DNA of 32,053 nucleotides from Burkholderiales bacterium (GTDB lineage Bacteria; Pseudomonadota; Gammaproteobacteria; Burkholderiales; SG8-39): NCBI GenBank assembly GCA_035280965.1, contig DATEEW010000327.1, positions 1 to 32,053 of the forward strand, read 5' to 3'. Shown piece by piece: positions 23,492 to 32,053 of this stretch (position 1 is its first letter; each line of letters starts with the position of its first letter). The notes under the pieces were generated by a model. It saw only the letters and a program-made list of their open reading frames with translations, ran no database searches and was not told where the DNA came from. The position numbers and the translations under genes were made by a program.

Positions 23492-24610
23492 TTAGGCATC
23501 CAATTCTTTAGATTGCGGGACTGGCGTTTCGATCGCGGGAACAGCATAGGGCACTTCTGCCACCCAGGACTCCAGCAAGCGATACGTCACCGCCAATACC
23601 ACCGGCCCGACAAAAAGACCGATGACGCCAAGACTGATGAGCCCACCTATGACGCCAAGCAGAATGAGCGGTAGCGGCAAATCGGCGCCGCGCTTAATGA
23701 GAATAGGCCGCAGTATATTATCGAGCGCGCCGACCGGAATGGACCAGACGAGCAGCACGGTGCCCCACACCACGTCGCCGGACCAATAAAGCCAAGCGAT
23801 CGCGGGTAGCATGACCAAAGTCGGGCCGAGTTGCGCGATGCAGAGAATGAAAATGATTGCCGTCAGCACTGCGGCGAAGGGAACGCCGCTGACGGCGAGA
23901 CCTATGCCCGCGAATGCGGACTGGATTACCGCCGTGACCACAACGCCTAGGGCGACAGCGCGTATTGCCTGGCCCGAAAGGACAATAGAAGTTTCGCCTC
24001 GTTCGCCGGCCAGCCTGTAGGCGAAGCGCTTTAATCCTAGCGCGGCCGTTTCTCCAGTCACATATAAATAAGCTGCAATGATGAGCGTGAGTAAAAGGTG
24101 CAGCAGCATGAGTCCCACGTTTCCCGCCTGACTAGCGAACCATGCGAGACCCGTGCGCACGTAGGGCATTGTCTTGGTGACGAGTTCGTCCGGGCCGGTA
24201 GCCGCTAGCGTTCGCCAATGATCGGCGATTTTCGATCCGGCGAGCGGCAGTTGCTCGATCCATGCGGGGGGTGGCGGAATTTGCGTCGTACGCAGATCGC
24301 CGAGCTTGGTCGCGATCTCTTCTCGATAGTCGGCGATGGTGAATATCGCGAGCGTTGGTGGCACCACCAGCAGGACCAGAATGCCGATGCTCATAATCGT
24401 GACGGCGAGCCAGCGCCTGCCGCCGAGTCGGCGTTGAAGTGCTTTCATTATCGGCCAGGTTGCCACCACGACCATGGCTGCCCAAATCAAGGCCCCGATA
24501 AAAGGCTGCAAAATCCATAGACTTGCCACGGTCAACAAGCCGAGGAAAAGCACAGCGAGCACGATGCGCGTGAGGTCTTGCGTGGACGGTGCGGGATTCA
24601 TTTTTTCCAT
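23492..24610 (-). CDS. AI-2E family transporter (PerM/UPF0118)
   Basis: 372 aa with about 8 TM segments. The C-terminal region 'DNILRPILIKRGADLPLPLILLGVIGGL...GLFVGPVVLAV' is characteristic of the family. Confidence 0.85.
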   Translation of the reverse strand: MEKMNPAPSTQDLTRIVLAVLFLGLLTVASLWILQPFIGALIWAAMVVVATWPIMKALQRRLGGRRWLAVTIMSIGILVLLVVPPTLAIFTIADYREEIATKLGDLRTTQIPPPPAWIEQLPLAGSKIADHWRTLAATGPDELVTKTMPYVRTGLAWFASQAGNVGLMLLHLLLTLIIAAYLYVTGETAALGLKRFAYRLAGERGETSIVLSGQAIRAVALGVVVTAVIQSAFAGIGLAVSGVPFAAVLTAIIFILCIAQLGPTLVMLPAIAWLYWSGDVVWGTVLLVWSIPVGALDNILRPILIKRGADLPLPLILLGVIGGLISLGVIGLFVGPVVLAVTYRLLESWVAEVPYAVPAIETPVPQSKELDA

Positions 24611-24629
24611 AGTAGAGGTGGACGGGCCT

Positions 24630-25451
24630 CTAGTATCGTTCTTTCACGTACTTGTAGGGATAGTCCGGCGCTTTATAGCCCCCCGGCTGCTGGCGTTTTG
24701 GCAGGCGTATTTTTTTGGACGGCACGGCCTTATACGGTATCGCGGCGAGCAGATGTGAAATGATGTTCAGGCGCGCTCGCTTCTTGTCATCGGAGCGCGC
24801 TACGAACCAGGGCGCGAAACCGGTATCCGTTGCGGTGAACATGTCATCGCGGGCACGCGAATAGTCGTACCAACGGCTATAGGATTTCAGATCCATCGGC
24901 GTCAGTTTCCAGGTCTTTCGACCGTCGTCGATACGTGCCTCAAGCCGCCGCGTCTGTTCTTCGGGACTGACTTCCAACCAGTACTTGATCAGGATGATGC
25001 CGGAGTCGACCATCGCTTTTTCGACCAGCGGAACGGCTTTGAGAAACTTCTGCGACATTTCTTCGGTGCAAAAACCCATCACCCGCTCGACGCCGGCGCG
25101 GTTGTACCAGCTGCGGTCGAAAATCACCACTTCGCCCGCTGCCGGCAGATGCCGGAAGTAACGCTGCAGATACATCTGGCTTTTTTCGCGTTCGGTGGGT
25201 GCGGGCAATGCGACCACGCGAAAAACGCGCGGACTGACCCGCTCGGTAATCGCCTTGATTGTGCCGCCTTTGCCGGCGCCGTCGCGCCCCTCGAAAACGA
25301 GACAGACTTTTAGGCCCTTGAGTTGCACCCACTGCTGCAGCTTGACCAGCTCGGCGTGCAGACGCTCGAGCTCTTCTTCGTATGCTTTGCGTGACAGTTC
25401 TTCCTTGATGGGCTTTGCTGCCTTTTTGGGCTTGGTCTTTGCCTTCACCAT
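24630..25451 (-). CDS. ppk2: polyphosphate kinase 2 (PPK2, single-domain)
   Basis: Walker-A-like 'FEGRDGAGKGGTIK' and the 'YLQRYFRHLPAAGEVVIFDRSWYNRAGVERVMGF' PPK2 signature. ATG 25451 has AAAGGTGA upstream. The ORF-track start at 25478 is a TTG with no RBS. Confidence 0.92.
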   Translation of the reverse strand: MVKAKTKPKKAAKPIKEELSRKAYEEELERLHAELVKLQQWVQLKGLKVCLVFEGRDGAGKGGTIKAITERVSPRVFRVVALPAPTEREKSQMYLQRYFRHLPAAGEVVIFDRSWYNRAGVERVMGFCTEEMSQKFLKAVPLVEKAMVDSGIILIKYWLEVSPEEQTRRLEARIDDGRKTWKLTPMDLKSYSRWYDYSRARDDMFTATDTGFAPWFVARSDDKKRARLNIISHLLAAIPYKAVPSKKIRLPKRQQPGGYKAPDYPYKYVKERY

Positions 25452-25790
25452 TTCTTCACCTTTACTATCTAAATTCAACGACCGCGCGACGGCTTGTCAA
25501 ACATGCGCGGAAATCGACCGCGAGTCGGAGTCTTCCCGTTTTGCGGGTATATGACATGCGTCTTTGGTCGGATATGCAATTGGCCTTTGGACGTATGTAA
25601 TAGCGGCGTGCGCGGGGTGTTTTCGTCGCTAGAACAGCGCCGGACCTTGAATGTCGAAGCTGTCCTGCTGTTGAAAATCGGGCGAAAACGCATTGGGGCC
25701 ATGGCCAGGCATTTCAAACGCCGGTATGACGAATCAAAGTGGACACCAGCGACCTTCCTTGAAGGTTGGCTGAACTAAAAGGAACCGATC

Positions 25791-28190
25791 ATGAGCGCTG
25801 TCGCAAATCGGGTAAAACCCGCCACCACACCCACACCGTTAGGCAGTGAAGAGCTGCGTCTGATCGACGCATGGTGGCGCGCCTGCAACTACCTTTCCGT
25901 AGGAATGATTTACTTGCGGGACAACCCGTTGTTGAAAGAGCCGCTCACAACGGAACACATCAAACATCGGCTATTGGGCCACTGGGGAGCGAGTCCGGCG
26001 CTTTCTTTTGTATGGGCGCATCTGAACCGCGTTATCAAGCGCGACGATCTGGATGTGATTTTCATGGCCGGGCCGGGACACGGCGCGCCGGGTGTGCTGG
26101 GGCCGGCATATCTGGAAGGCACGTATTCCGAGGTCTATCCGGATAAGAGCGAAGACGCCGAAGGTTTGCAGAAATTCTTCAAACAGTTTTCCTTTCCCGG
26201 CCATATCGGATCGCATGTCACGCCGGAAACACCCGGCTCCATCCATGAGGGCGGTGAACTGGGATACAGCCTGTCGCACGCCTATGGCGCGGCTTTGGAC
26301 AATCCGGACCTTATCGTCGCTTGCGTGGTGGGCGACGGGGAGGCGGAGACGGGGCCACTGGCTACCGCGTGGCATTCCAACAAGTTCATCAACCCGATAC
26401 GCGATGGGGCGGTGCTGCCGATTCTCAATCTGAATGGTTACAAAATCGCGAATCCCACCATCTTCGCGCGCATCAGCCACGAGGAATTGGAAGCCTTTTT
26501 CATCGGCTGCGGTTACAAGCCTTATTTTGTCGAAGGTGCCGACCCGGCGGAAATGCACCAACTGATGGCGGCGACGCTGGATGCGGCCATTAGCGAAATC
26601 CGTGCGGCGCAGCAAGCGGCGCGCGGAAGCGGTAAGGCCGAAAGGCCGCGCTGGCCGATGATCGTGCTGCGTTCGCCCAAAGGCTGGACCGGCCCGAAGG
26701 AGATCGGCGGCAAAAAAGCCGAGGGGTCATGGCGTTCGCACCAAGTTCCCTTTTCGGACGTTCGCGGCAATCCGACGAACCTGAAGCTGCTGGAAAACTG
26801 GATGCGCAGCTACAAGGCGGAGGAATTGTTCGATGAGGCGGGCAGCTTGCGGCCCGAACTAAAATCCATATCACCCGTCGGGCAGCGACGCATGAGCGCC
26901 AATCCACATGCTAATGGCGGCTTGCTGCGCAAAGCACTGAAGCTCCCGAATTTTCGTGACTACGCAGTGAAAGTGGAGGCAGGCAAGTCACTTTACGAAA
27001 ACACGAAACCGCTGGGCGAATTCCTGCGCGATGTGATGCGCGCGAATATGACGACCTTCCGTGTTTTCGGCCCGGACGAAACCGCCTCGAACCGTCTGCA
27101 GGCCGTGTATGAAGTAAGTAAGAAAGTCTGGATGGCGGATATGCTGCCGGAAGACGCCGACGGCGGCGAACTGTCGCGCGATGGCCGCGTCATGGAAATG
27201 CTGTCCGAGCATACGTTGCTCGGTTGGCTCGAAGGCTATCTGCTGAGCGGACGCCACGGCTTCTTCCATACCTACGAAGCCTTCGCGCATGTAGTGGACT
27301 CGATGTTCAACCAGCACGCGAAGTGGTTGGACATTTGCAAGAACCACGTGCCTTGGCGCGCTTCGGTCGCGTCGGAGAATATTCTGCTGTCCTCGACTGT
27401 GTGGCGGCAGGACCACAACGGCTTCTCGCATCAGGATCCCGGCTTCATTGATGTCGTGACCAACAAGAGCCCAACTGTTACACGCATCTATCTCCCACCG
27501 GATGCGAATACCTTGCTCGCCGTGGCGGACGAATGTCTGCGTTCCACCGATTGCATCAATGTCATCGTGGCGGACAAACAGAAACATCTGCAGTTCACCA
27601 CCATGGACGAAGCGATCGTTCATTGTGCGAAAGGCATCGGCATCTGGCGCCGCGCCAGCAATGATGAGGGTGTAGAGCCGGATGTGGTGATGGCCTCTTG
27701 CGGCGATGTGGCGACCCAGGAAGCGCTCGCCGCGACGGCAATCCTGCGAGAGCATCTGCCGGACCTAAAAGTGCGCTTCGTCAATGTCGTCGACCTTTTC
27801 AGAATGCAGCCTGCAGATCAGCATCCACATGGATCAACTACAAACGAGTTCGATAGTCTGTTCACGACCGACAGACCGGTGATTTTCAATTTCCATGGTT
27901 ATCCCTGGTTGATTCACAAGTTGGCGTACCGCTTCAAGAACCACGAGAACCTGCATGTGCGCGGCTACAAGGAGAAGGGCAACATCAACACGCCGATGGA
28001 ACTGGCGATTCTCAACCAGGTCGACCGCTTTAACCTGGTAATCGATGTGCTCGACCGCGTGCCGAAGTTGCGCAACACCGCAGCGCACCTCAAGGAAAAA
28101 ATGAAAAACGAGATCATCAACAATCTTGCCTACGCGCACGAACACGGTACCGACCGCGAGGAAATCTCCAACTGGGTCTGGCCCCATTGA
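25791..28190 (+). CDS. xfp: xylulose-5-P/fructose-6-P phosphoketolase
   Basis: 799 aa. '[18 protein letters not shown]', 'LGHWGASP', '[12 protein letters not shown]', '[16 protein letters not shown]', '[12 protein letters not shown]' are hallmark XFP motifs. AAAGGA RBS. Confidence 0.97.
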   Translation: MSAVANRVKPATTPTPLGSEELRLIDAWWRACNYLSVGMIYLRDNPLLKEPLTTEHIKHRLLGHWGASPALSFVWAHLNRVIKRDDLDVIFMAGPGHGAPGVLGPAYLEGTYSEVYPDKSEDAEGLQKFFKQFSFPGHIGSHVTPETPGSIHEGGELGYSLSHAYGAALDNPDLIVACVVGDGEAETGPLATAWHSNKFINPIRDGAVLPILNLNGYKIANPTIFARISHEELEAFFIGCGYKPYFVEGADPAEMHQLMAATLDAAISEIRAAQQAARGSGKAERPRWPMIVLRSPKGWTGPKEIGGKKAEGSWRSHQVPFSDVRGNPTNLKLLENWMRSYKAEELFDEAGSLRPELKSISPVGQRRMSANPHANGGLLRKALKLPNFRDYAVKVEAGKSLYENTKPLGEFLRDVMRANMTTFRVFGPDETASNRLQAVYEVSKKVWMADMLPEDADGGELSRDGRVMEMLSEHTLLGWLEGYLLSGRHGFFHTYEAFAHVVDSMFNQHAKWLDICKNHVPWRASVASENILLSSTVWRQDHNGFSHQDPGFIDVVTNKSPTVTRIYLPPDANTLLAVADECLRSTDCINVIVADKQKHLQFTTMDEAIVHCAKGIGIWRRASNDEGVEPDVVMASCGDVATQEALAATAILREHLPDLKVRFVNVVDLFRMQPADQHPHGSTTNEFDSLFTTDRPVIFNFHGYPWLIHKLAYRFKNHENLHVRGYKEKGNINTPMELAILNQVDRFNLVIDVLDRVPKLRNTAAHLKEKMKNEIINNLAYAHEHGTDREEISNWVWPH

Positions 28191-28203
28191 AAAAAGGTTT
28201 TGC

Positions 28204-28932
28204 ATGAGCAAAAAGCCGGACACCGATAGCGGCGAAGTGAGCTTGGCCGACGAGGAGGCGGTCAAGCGCATTCTTACCGAGACCATGTTCGGCTTGTGGT
28301 CCACGGTCAACAACCTCTCACGCTTGCGGCCTTCGCGTCGCGAGCGTTACCGCGTCACGATATTCGGTTCGGCGCGCACGCAGCCCGGCCATGGGGTGTA
28401 TGCAGAAGTAAAGAAAATGTCGGCGGCGCTCAGCGTAATGGGCTGCGATATCGTCACCGGTGGCGGGCCCGGCTTGATGCAGGCCGCTAACGAAGGCGCG
28501 GGCGAATCCAAAGCGCCCGAGCGAGTGCAGAACATCGGCATTCGCGTGGGGCTTCCCTTCGAGCAAGAGGTCAATCCCTTCGTCGAAGAAGCTTTCGAGC
28601 ACGGAACTTTTTTCACGCGTCTGCACCAATTCGTGCTCATGTCTGATGCTTACATTGTTGCGCCGGGCGGCATCGGCACAGTGTTGGAAGCCACGATGAT
28701 CTGGCAATTGCTGCAAGTGCGCCACTTGCACGACACGCCGCTGATTTTTGCCGGGCCGATGTGGAAGGGCCTGGTCGATTGGGCCAGCGAAAAAATGCTG
28801 CGCCCCGATTTCGAGTTGGCCGGTGCGGCGGATATGAAGATTCCACAGTGCGTTGATAACGCGGAACAGGCAATCGCTATCGTGCGAGACCACCACGCGC
28901 GTTGGCAGGCAGGCCAGGCCGAGCGGACGTGA
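28204..28932 (+). CDS. LOG-family / TIGR00730-type Rossmann protein (nucleotide 5'-monophosphate nucleosidase-like)
   Basis: 'IFGSART', 'VTGGGPGLMQAANEGA', 'PGGIGTVLE' (the PGGxGTxxE LOG motif). ATG 28204 lies 13 nt after the xfp stop. The ORF-track start at 28126 overlaps xfp. Confidence 0.85.
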   Translation: MSKKPDTDSGEVSLADEEAVKRILTETMFGLWSTVNNLSRLRPSRRERYRVTIFGSARTQPGHGVYAEVKKMSAALSVMGCDIVTGGGPGLMQAANEGAGESKAPERVQNIGIRVGLPFEQEVNPFVEEAFEHGTFFTRLHQFVLMSDAYIVAPGGIGTVLEATMIWQLLQVRHLHDTPLIFAGPMWKGLVDWASEKMLRPDFELAGAADMKIPQCVDNAEQAIAIVRDHHARWQAGQAERT

Positions 28933-31388
28933 GCGAATCCATCCGCACCGGACTGAGCGTCGCCTCGCTGCAAAGCGCGGTAGTCGACAATCTCGCTTTT
29001 TTGCAGGCGCGCTTTCCGAGCGTCGCCACGCCGCATGACTGGTACATAGCACTCGCGCATACGGTGCGCGACCGCATGCTGGAGCGCTGGGTGAATTCCG
29101 CCGAATGCTATGTCGCCGAGCGCAACGTCAAGGTCGCCTGCTATCTCTCCGCCGAATTTCTCATTGGCCCGCAACTTGGCAACAACATCGTCAATCTCGG
29201 GATCGAGGACGAAGTGCGAGAAGCCATGCGGGCGTTGGGCCAGAACCTGGATGTATTGTTGGAACTGGAGGAGGAGCCGGGCCTGGGCAATGGCGGACTT
29301 GGCCGTCTCGCGGCTTGTTATATGGATTCGCTCGCCACCTTGGAAATGCCCGCTATCGGTTATGGCATTCGCTACGAGTTCGGTATTTTCGATCAGCAGA
29401 TCCGCGATGGCTGGCAGGTGGAAGCGGCCGACAACTGGCTGCAAAGAGGCAGTCCCTGGGAAATCATCCGACCCGAGGTTTGTTTCGATGTCGGTTTCGG
29501 CGGCCAAACTGAAAGCTACACCGACGAGACGGGACGTCAGCGCGTGCGCTGGCTGCCTGCGCGCATGGTGCGCGGGCGGGCCTGCGATATTCCTGTCTCC
29601 GGCTATCGTGTGAACACTTGCGGCACCTTGCGGCTGTGGAAAAGCGAGGCGGTGAAATCCTTCGATTTCGCGGAGTTCAACGCCGGCGACTATTACGGCG
29701 CGGTAGAGGACAAGGTGCTCTCCGAGACGCTGTCGAAAGTGCTGTATCCGAACGACGAGCCGGAGGCCGGCAAGCGCCTGCGCCTGGCGCAGCAGTATTT
29801 CTTCGTGTCGTGTTCACTCCGCGACATCCTGCGTCTTATGGAAATGCGCAAGCAGCCCTTGAAGCGTCTGCCCGAACTCTTCGCTGCACAGATGAACGAC
29901 ACGCATCCTTCAATCGCCGTTGCTGAATTGATGCGCTTGCTCGTGGACGAATACGCGTTTTCTTGGGATGAAGCCTGGGGCATGACACAACGCACGCTTG
30001 CCTATACCAATCACACGCTGCTGCCCGAAGCGCTGGAAACTTGGGGCTTGCCCTTGTTCCGCGATCTGTTGCCGCGACATCTGGAAATCATTTACGAAAT
30101 CAACCGCCGTTTTCTCGACGAGGTCAGACAGCGCTTTCCCGGTGACGACGCGCGCGTGGCGCGCATGTCCCTCATCGACGAGAGCGGAGCGAAGCGTGTG
30201 CGCATGGCCCATCTGGCCACGGTAGGCAGTCATGCGGTGAATGGTGTCGCCGCTTTGCACTCGGAATTACTTAGGGAAACCGTGCTTCGGGATTTTGCAC
30301 AGCTATGGCCGAACCGCTTTCTCAATGTCACTAATGGCGTTACCCCTCGCCGGTTTGTTGTGCTCGGCAACCCCGGGCTTTCGGTGCTGCTCGATGAAAT
30401 CGCCGGACCGAAATGGGCGGTCGAACCGGAGCGATTGCGTGCCTTGGAAGCGCATGCTGGCGACGCCGCATTCCAGGAACGTTGGCGGCAGATCAAGCAT
30501 CGCAATAAAGAATCTCTTGCGCGCCGCATCCGCGAGTGCGCCGGCATCACCGTCGACCCCGCAAGCCTCTTTGACATCCAGGTCAAGCGCATTCACGAAT
30601 ACAAGCGGCAACACTTGAATCTGTTGCACGTCATTGCGCTGTATCTGCGCGTGCTGCGCGATCCAGGGCTCGACATCGCGCCGCGCTGTTTCATTTTCGG
30701 CGGCAAGGCTGCGCCCGGCTACCACATGGCCAAGCTCATCATTCGCCTGGTCAATGGGGTTGCCGAAGTTGTGAACGCCGATACGGCCGTGGCCGGTCGC
30801 ATCAAAGTCGTGTTCTTTCCCGACTTCAACGTCAAGTATGCGCACATGATCTACCCTGCCGCCGATCTGTCGGAACAGATCTCCACCGCAGGCAAGGAAG
30901 CCTCCGGTACCGGCAATATGAAGTTCATGCTCAACGGCGCGCTCACTATCGGCACGCTGGATGGCGCGAATGTCGAGATTCGCGAGGAAGCCGGCACGGA
31001 GAATTTCTTCTTGTTCGGACTACGCGCCGACGAAGTCGAGCGCGTCAAACGCGAGGGCTACACGCCTCGGCAGCACATCGAGAGCAACGCCGAACTGCGC
31101 GACGTCCTCGACACCATCGCAAGCGGTCGGTTCTCGCGCGGCGATCGCGAGATGTTCCGCCCGCTGGTGGACGATCTGATGGGTCACGATCCTTTCCTGG
31201 TGCTGGCCGACTACGCGGCCTACGTCGCGTGTCAGCAGGAAGTTGGTCTCGCTTGGCAAAATCCAGCACGCTGGAGCCGCATGTCCATCCTCAATACCGC
31301 GCGCGCCGGGAAGTTCTCCTCCGATCGCGCCATCCGCGAATACTGCGAGAAAATCTGGGACGTGCGACCGTTGAAAATCGCTTTGTAA
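28929..31388 (+). CDS. glgP: glycogen/maltodextrin phosphorylase
   Basis: 'GLGNGGLGRLAACYMDS' and the PLP-Lys motif 'EASGTGNMKFMLNGALTIGTLDGANVEI'. The start is either GTG 28929 (GTGA overlap with the LOG-gene stop) or TTG 28902. No ATG is available. Confidence 0.96.
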   Translation: MSESIRTGLSVASLQSAVVDNLAFLQARFPSVATPHDWYIALAHTVRDRMLERWVNSAECYVAERNVKVACYLSAEFLIGPQLGNNIVNLGIEDEVREAMRALGQNLDVLLELEEEPGLGNGGLGRLAACYMDSLATLEMPAIGYGIRYEFGIFDQQIRDGWQVEAADNWLQRGSPWEIIRPEVCFDVGFGGQTESYTDETGRQRVRWLPARMVRGRACDIPVSGYRVNTCGTLRLWKSEAVKSFDFAEFNAGDYYGAVEDKVLSETLSKVLYPNDEPEAGKRLRLAQQYFFVSCSLRDILRLMEMRKQPLKRLPELFAAQMNDTHPSIAVAELMRLLVDEYAFSWDEAWGMTQRTLAYTNHTLLPEALETWGLPLFRDLLPRHLEIIYEINRRFLDEVRQRFPGDDARVARMSLIDESGAKRVRMAHLATVGSHAVNGVAALHSELLRETVLRDFAQLWPNRFLNVTNGVTPRRFVVLGNPGLSVLLDEIAGPKWAVEPERLRALEAHAGDAAFQERWRQIKHRNKESLARRIRECAGITVDPASLFDIQVKRIHEYKRQHLNLLHVIALYLRVLRDPGLDIAPRCFIFGGKAAPGYHMAKLIIRLVNGVAEVVNADTAVAGRIKVVFFPDFNVKYAHMIYPAADLSEQISTAGKEASGTGNMKFMLNGALTIGTLDGANVEIREEAGTENFFLFGLRADEVERVKREGYTPRQHIESNAELRDVLDTIASGRFSRGDREMFRPLVDDLMGHDPFLVLADYAAYVACQQEVGLAWQNPARWSRMSILNTARAGKFSSDRAIREYCEKIWDVRPLKIAL

Positions 31389-31413
31389 CGTTGCGCTGCT
31401 GAGCACCAAGCCC

Positions 31414-31428
31414 GTTACAAAGCGTTAC
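31414..31428 (+). promoter_or_regulatory. direct repeat GTTAC-N5-GTTAC (candidate OmpR/PhoB-family response-regulator box)
   Basis: GTTACaaagcGTTAC with 10-bp periodicity, about 85-95 nt upstream of the Spy/CpxP-like ATG. Geometry is comparable to the CpxR GTAAA-N5-GTAAA box. Confidence 0.3.
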
Positions 31429-31511
31429 CTGCGTTCCCCACGGTTTGCGCATTCACGACGTACATTTCCACTCATGCAGGAATGATCCTGTCTTTCGAGT
31501 AGGAGATTCGT

Positions 31512-32018
31512 ATGGCAAACACCAATATTCTTCGCCCCCTGATTCTGGCGTTGAGCTTGGCGGTGACGGCGCCCCTGGCTGTTCACGCACAAGCCGGTTC
31601 TGATGCGCAGGACGGTGCGCGAAAAGAATTTCGCCACAAAGGTTTCGGCGAGCATCGGCGCGGCGATTTCACTCAAAATTTGAATTTGACCGAGACACAG
31701 CGCGACAAGGTTTCCGAATTGCGTCAGGCCGTAGAGCCGGCGTTGAGGGAGAAAAGCAAGGAAGTCCGCGCTGCGCGTCATGAGATGCACCAACTGTCCA
31801 TGAGCGAGACATTTGACGAAAGCCGTGCGGTGGCATTGAGTAACCAAGCCGCGCGCGCAGAAGCCGACCTGAATGTGATGCGTCTGCGTTTGAACAACCA
31901 GATTTTCAACGTACTCACTCCGGAACAGCGCAAGCAGGCCGCCGAGGCACGGCAACAACGCATTGAACGCGCCAAAGCACTCGCGCCTACTGCGCGTCCG
32001 GCGCAGCAAGTGCAGTAA
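31512..32018 (+). CDS. Spy/CpxP-family periplasmic protein (LTxxQ motif)
   Basis: Signal peptide 'MANTNILRPLILALSLAVTAPLAVHA'. Two LTxxQ motifs ('LNLTETQRDKV', 'LTPEQRKQ'). Helical, charged body. AGGAG at 31501-31505. Confidence 0.72.
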   Translation: MANTNILRPLILALSLAVTAPLAVHAQAGSDAQDGARKEFRHKGFGEHRRGDFTQNLNLTETQRDKVSELRQAVEPALREKSKEVRAARHEMHQLSMSETFDESRAVALSNQAARAEADLNVMRLRLNNQIFNVLTPEQRKQAAEARQQRIERAKALAPTARPAQQVQ

Positions 32019-32053
32019 TCGAAGCAGACTCATCCACCTTTTCCATTCATCAA

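Noticed and set aside
25660-25674. CTGTCCtgCTGTTga resembling a Pho box upstream of ppk2/xfp
   Set aside because: The two CTGT units are 8 nt apart instead of the 11-nt periodicity of PhoB boxes, and the second half is a poor match.
25494-25778. 94-aa plus-strand ORF in the ppk2/xfp divergent region
   Set aside because: No RBS, Cys/Arg-rich odd composition, and it occupies what should be the shared promoter region. I kept it as non-coding.
25971-27755. 214-aa and 255-aa minus-strand ORFs
   Set aside because: Both are antisense shadows within the phosphoketolase gene.
28318-29507. 244-aa and 285-aa minus-strand ORFs
   Set aside because: Antisense to the LOG-family and glgP genes, which have diagnostic motifs in the plus frames.
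31425-32033. 202-aa minus-strand ORF
   Set aside because: Antisense to the Spy/CpxP-like gene, which has a signal peptide, LTxxQ motifs and an AGGAG RBS. The minus-strand product has none of these.

Overview
This is a chromosomal, high-G+C proteobacterial segment (37 G+C in the 60 nt at 2401-2460). I call 25 protein-coding genes. I saw no rRNA, tRNA, CRISPR array, transposase or integrase. All functional calls come from recognising motifs by eye; no database search was run.

Left to right:
1. The 3' part of a CheA-class HPt kinase, a CheY-like REC gene and a CheX-like gene, joined by overlapping stop/start codons.
2. A complete assimilatory nitrate/nitrite cluster: nitrate reductase, ybiB-like, cobA, nirB, nirD and narK, followed by a PP2C-phosphatase/Ser-Thr-kinase fusion. 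Near-identical sigma-54 (-24/-12) cores sit in front of the nitrate reductase gene and cobA. REP/MITE-like double-hairpin elements bracket narK.
3. A Cache-PAS-PAS-GGDEF-EAL protein, a Zn-dependent alcohol dehydrogenase, a cupin and a Lys/Ala-rich histone-H1-like protein.
4. A lower-G+C two-gene islet: a 562-aa protein with a DUF4157/HExxH head and an unrecognisable body, tightly coupled to a 194-aa helical-looking protein. This is my best candidate for an undescribed effector/immunity-type module.
5. msrB and a CPA2-type antiporter, bracketed by two inverted ~147-nt repeat copies that fill both convergent intergenic gaps.
6. A minus-strand ppk2 / AI-2E-transporter / RRM-like operon, divergent from phosphoketolase / LOG-family / glgP, then a Spy/CpxP-like periplasmic protein.
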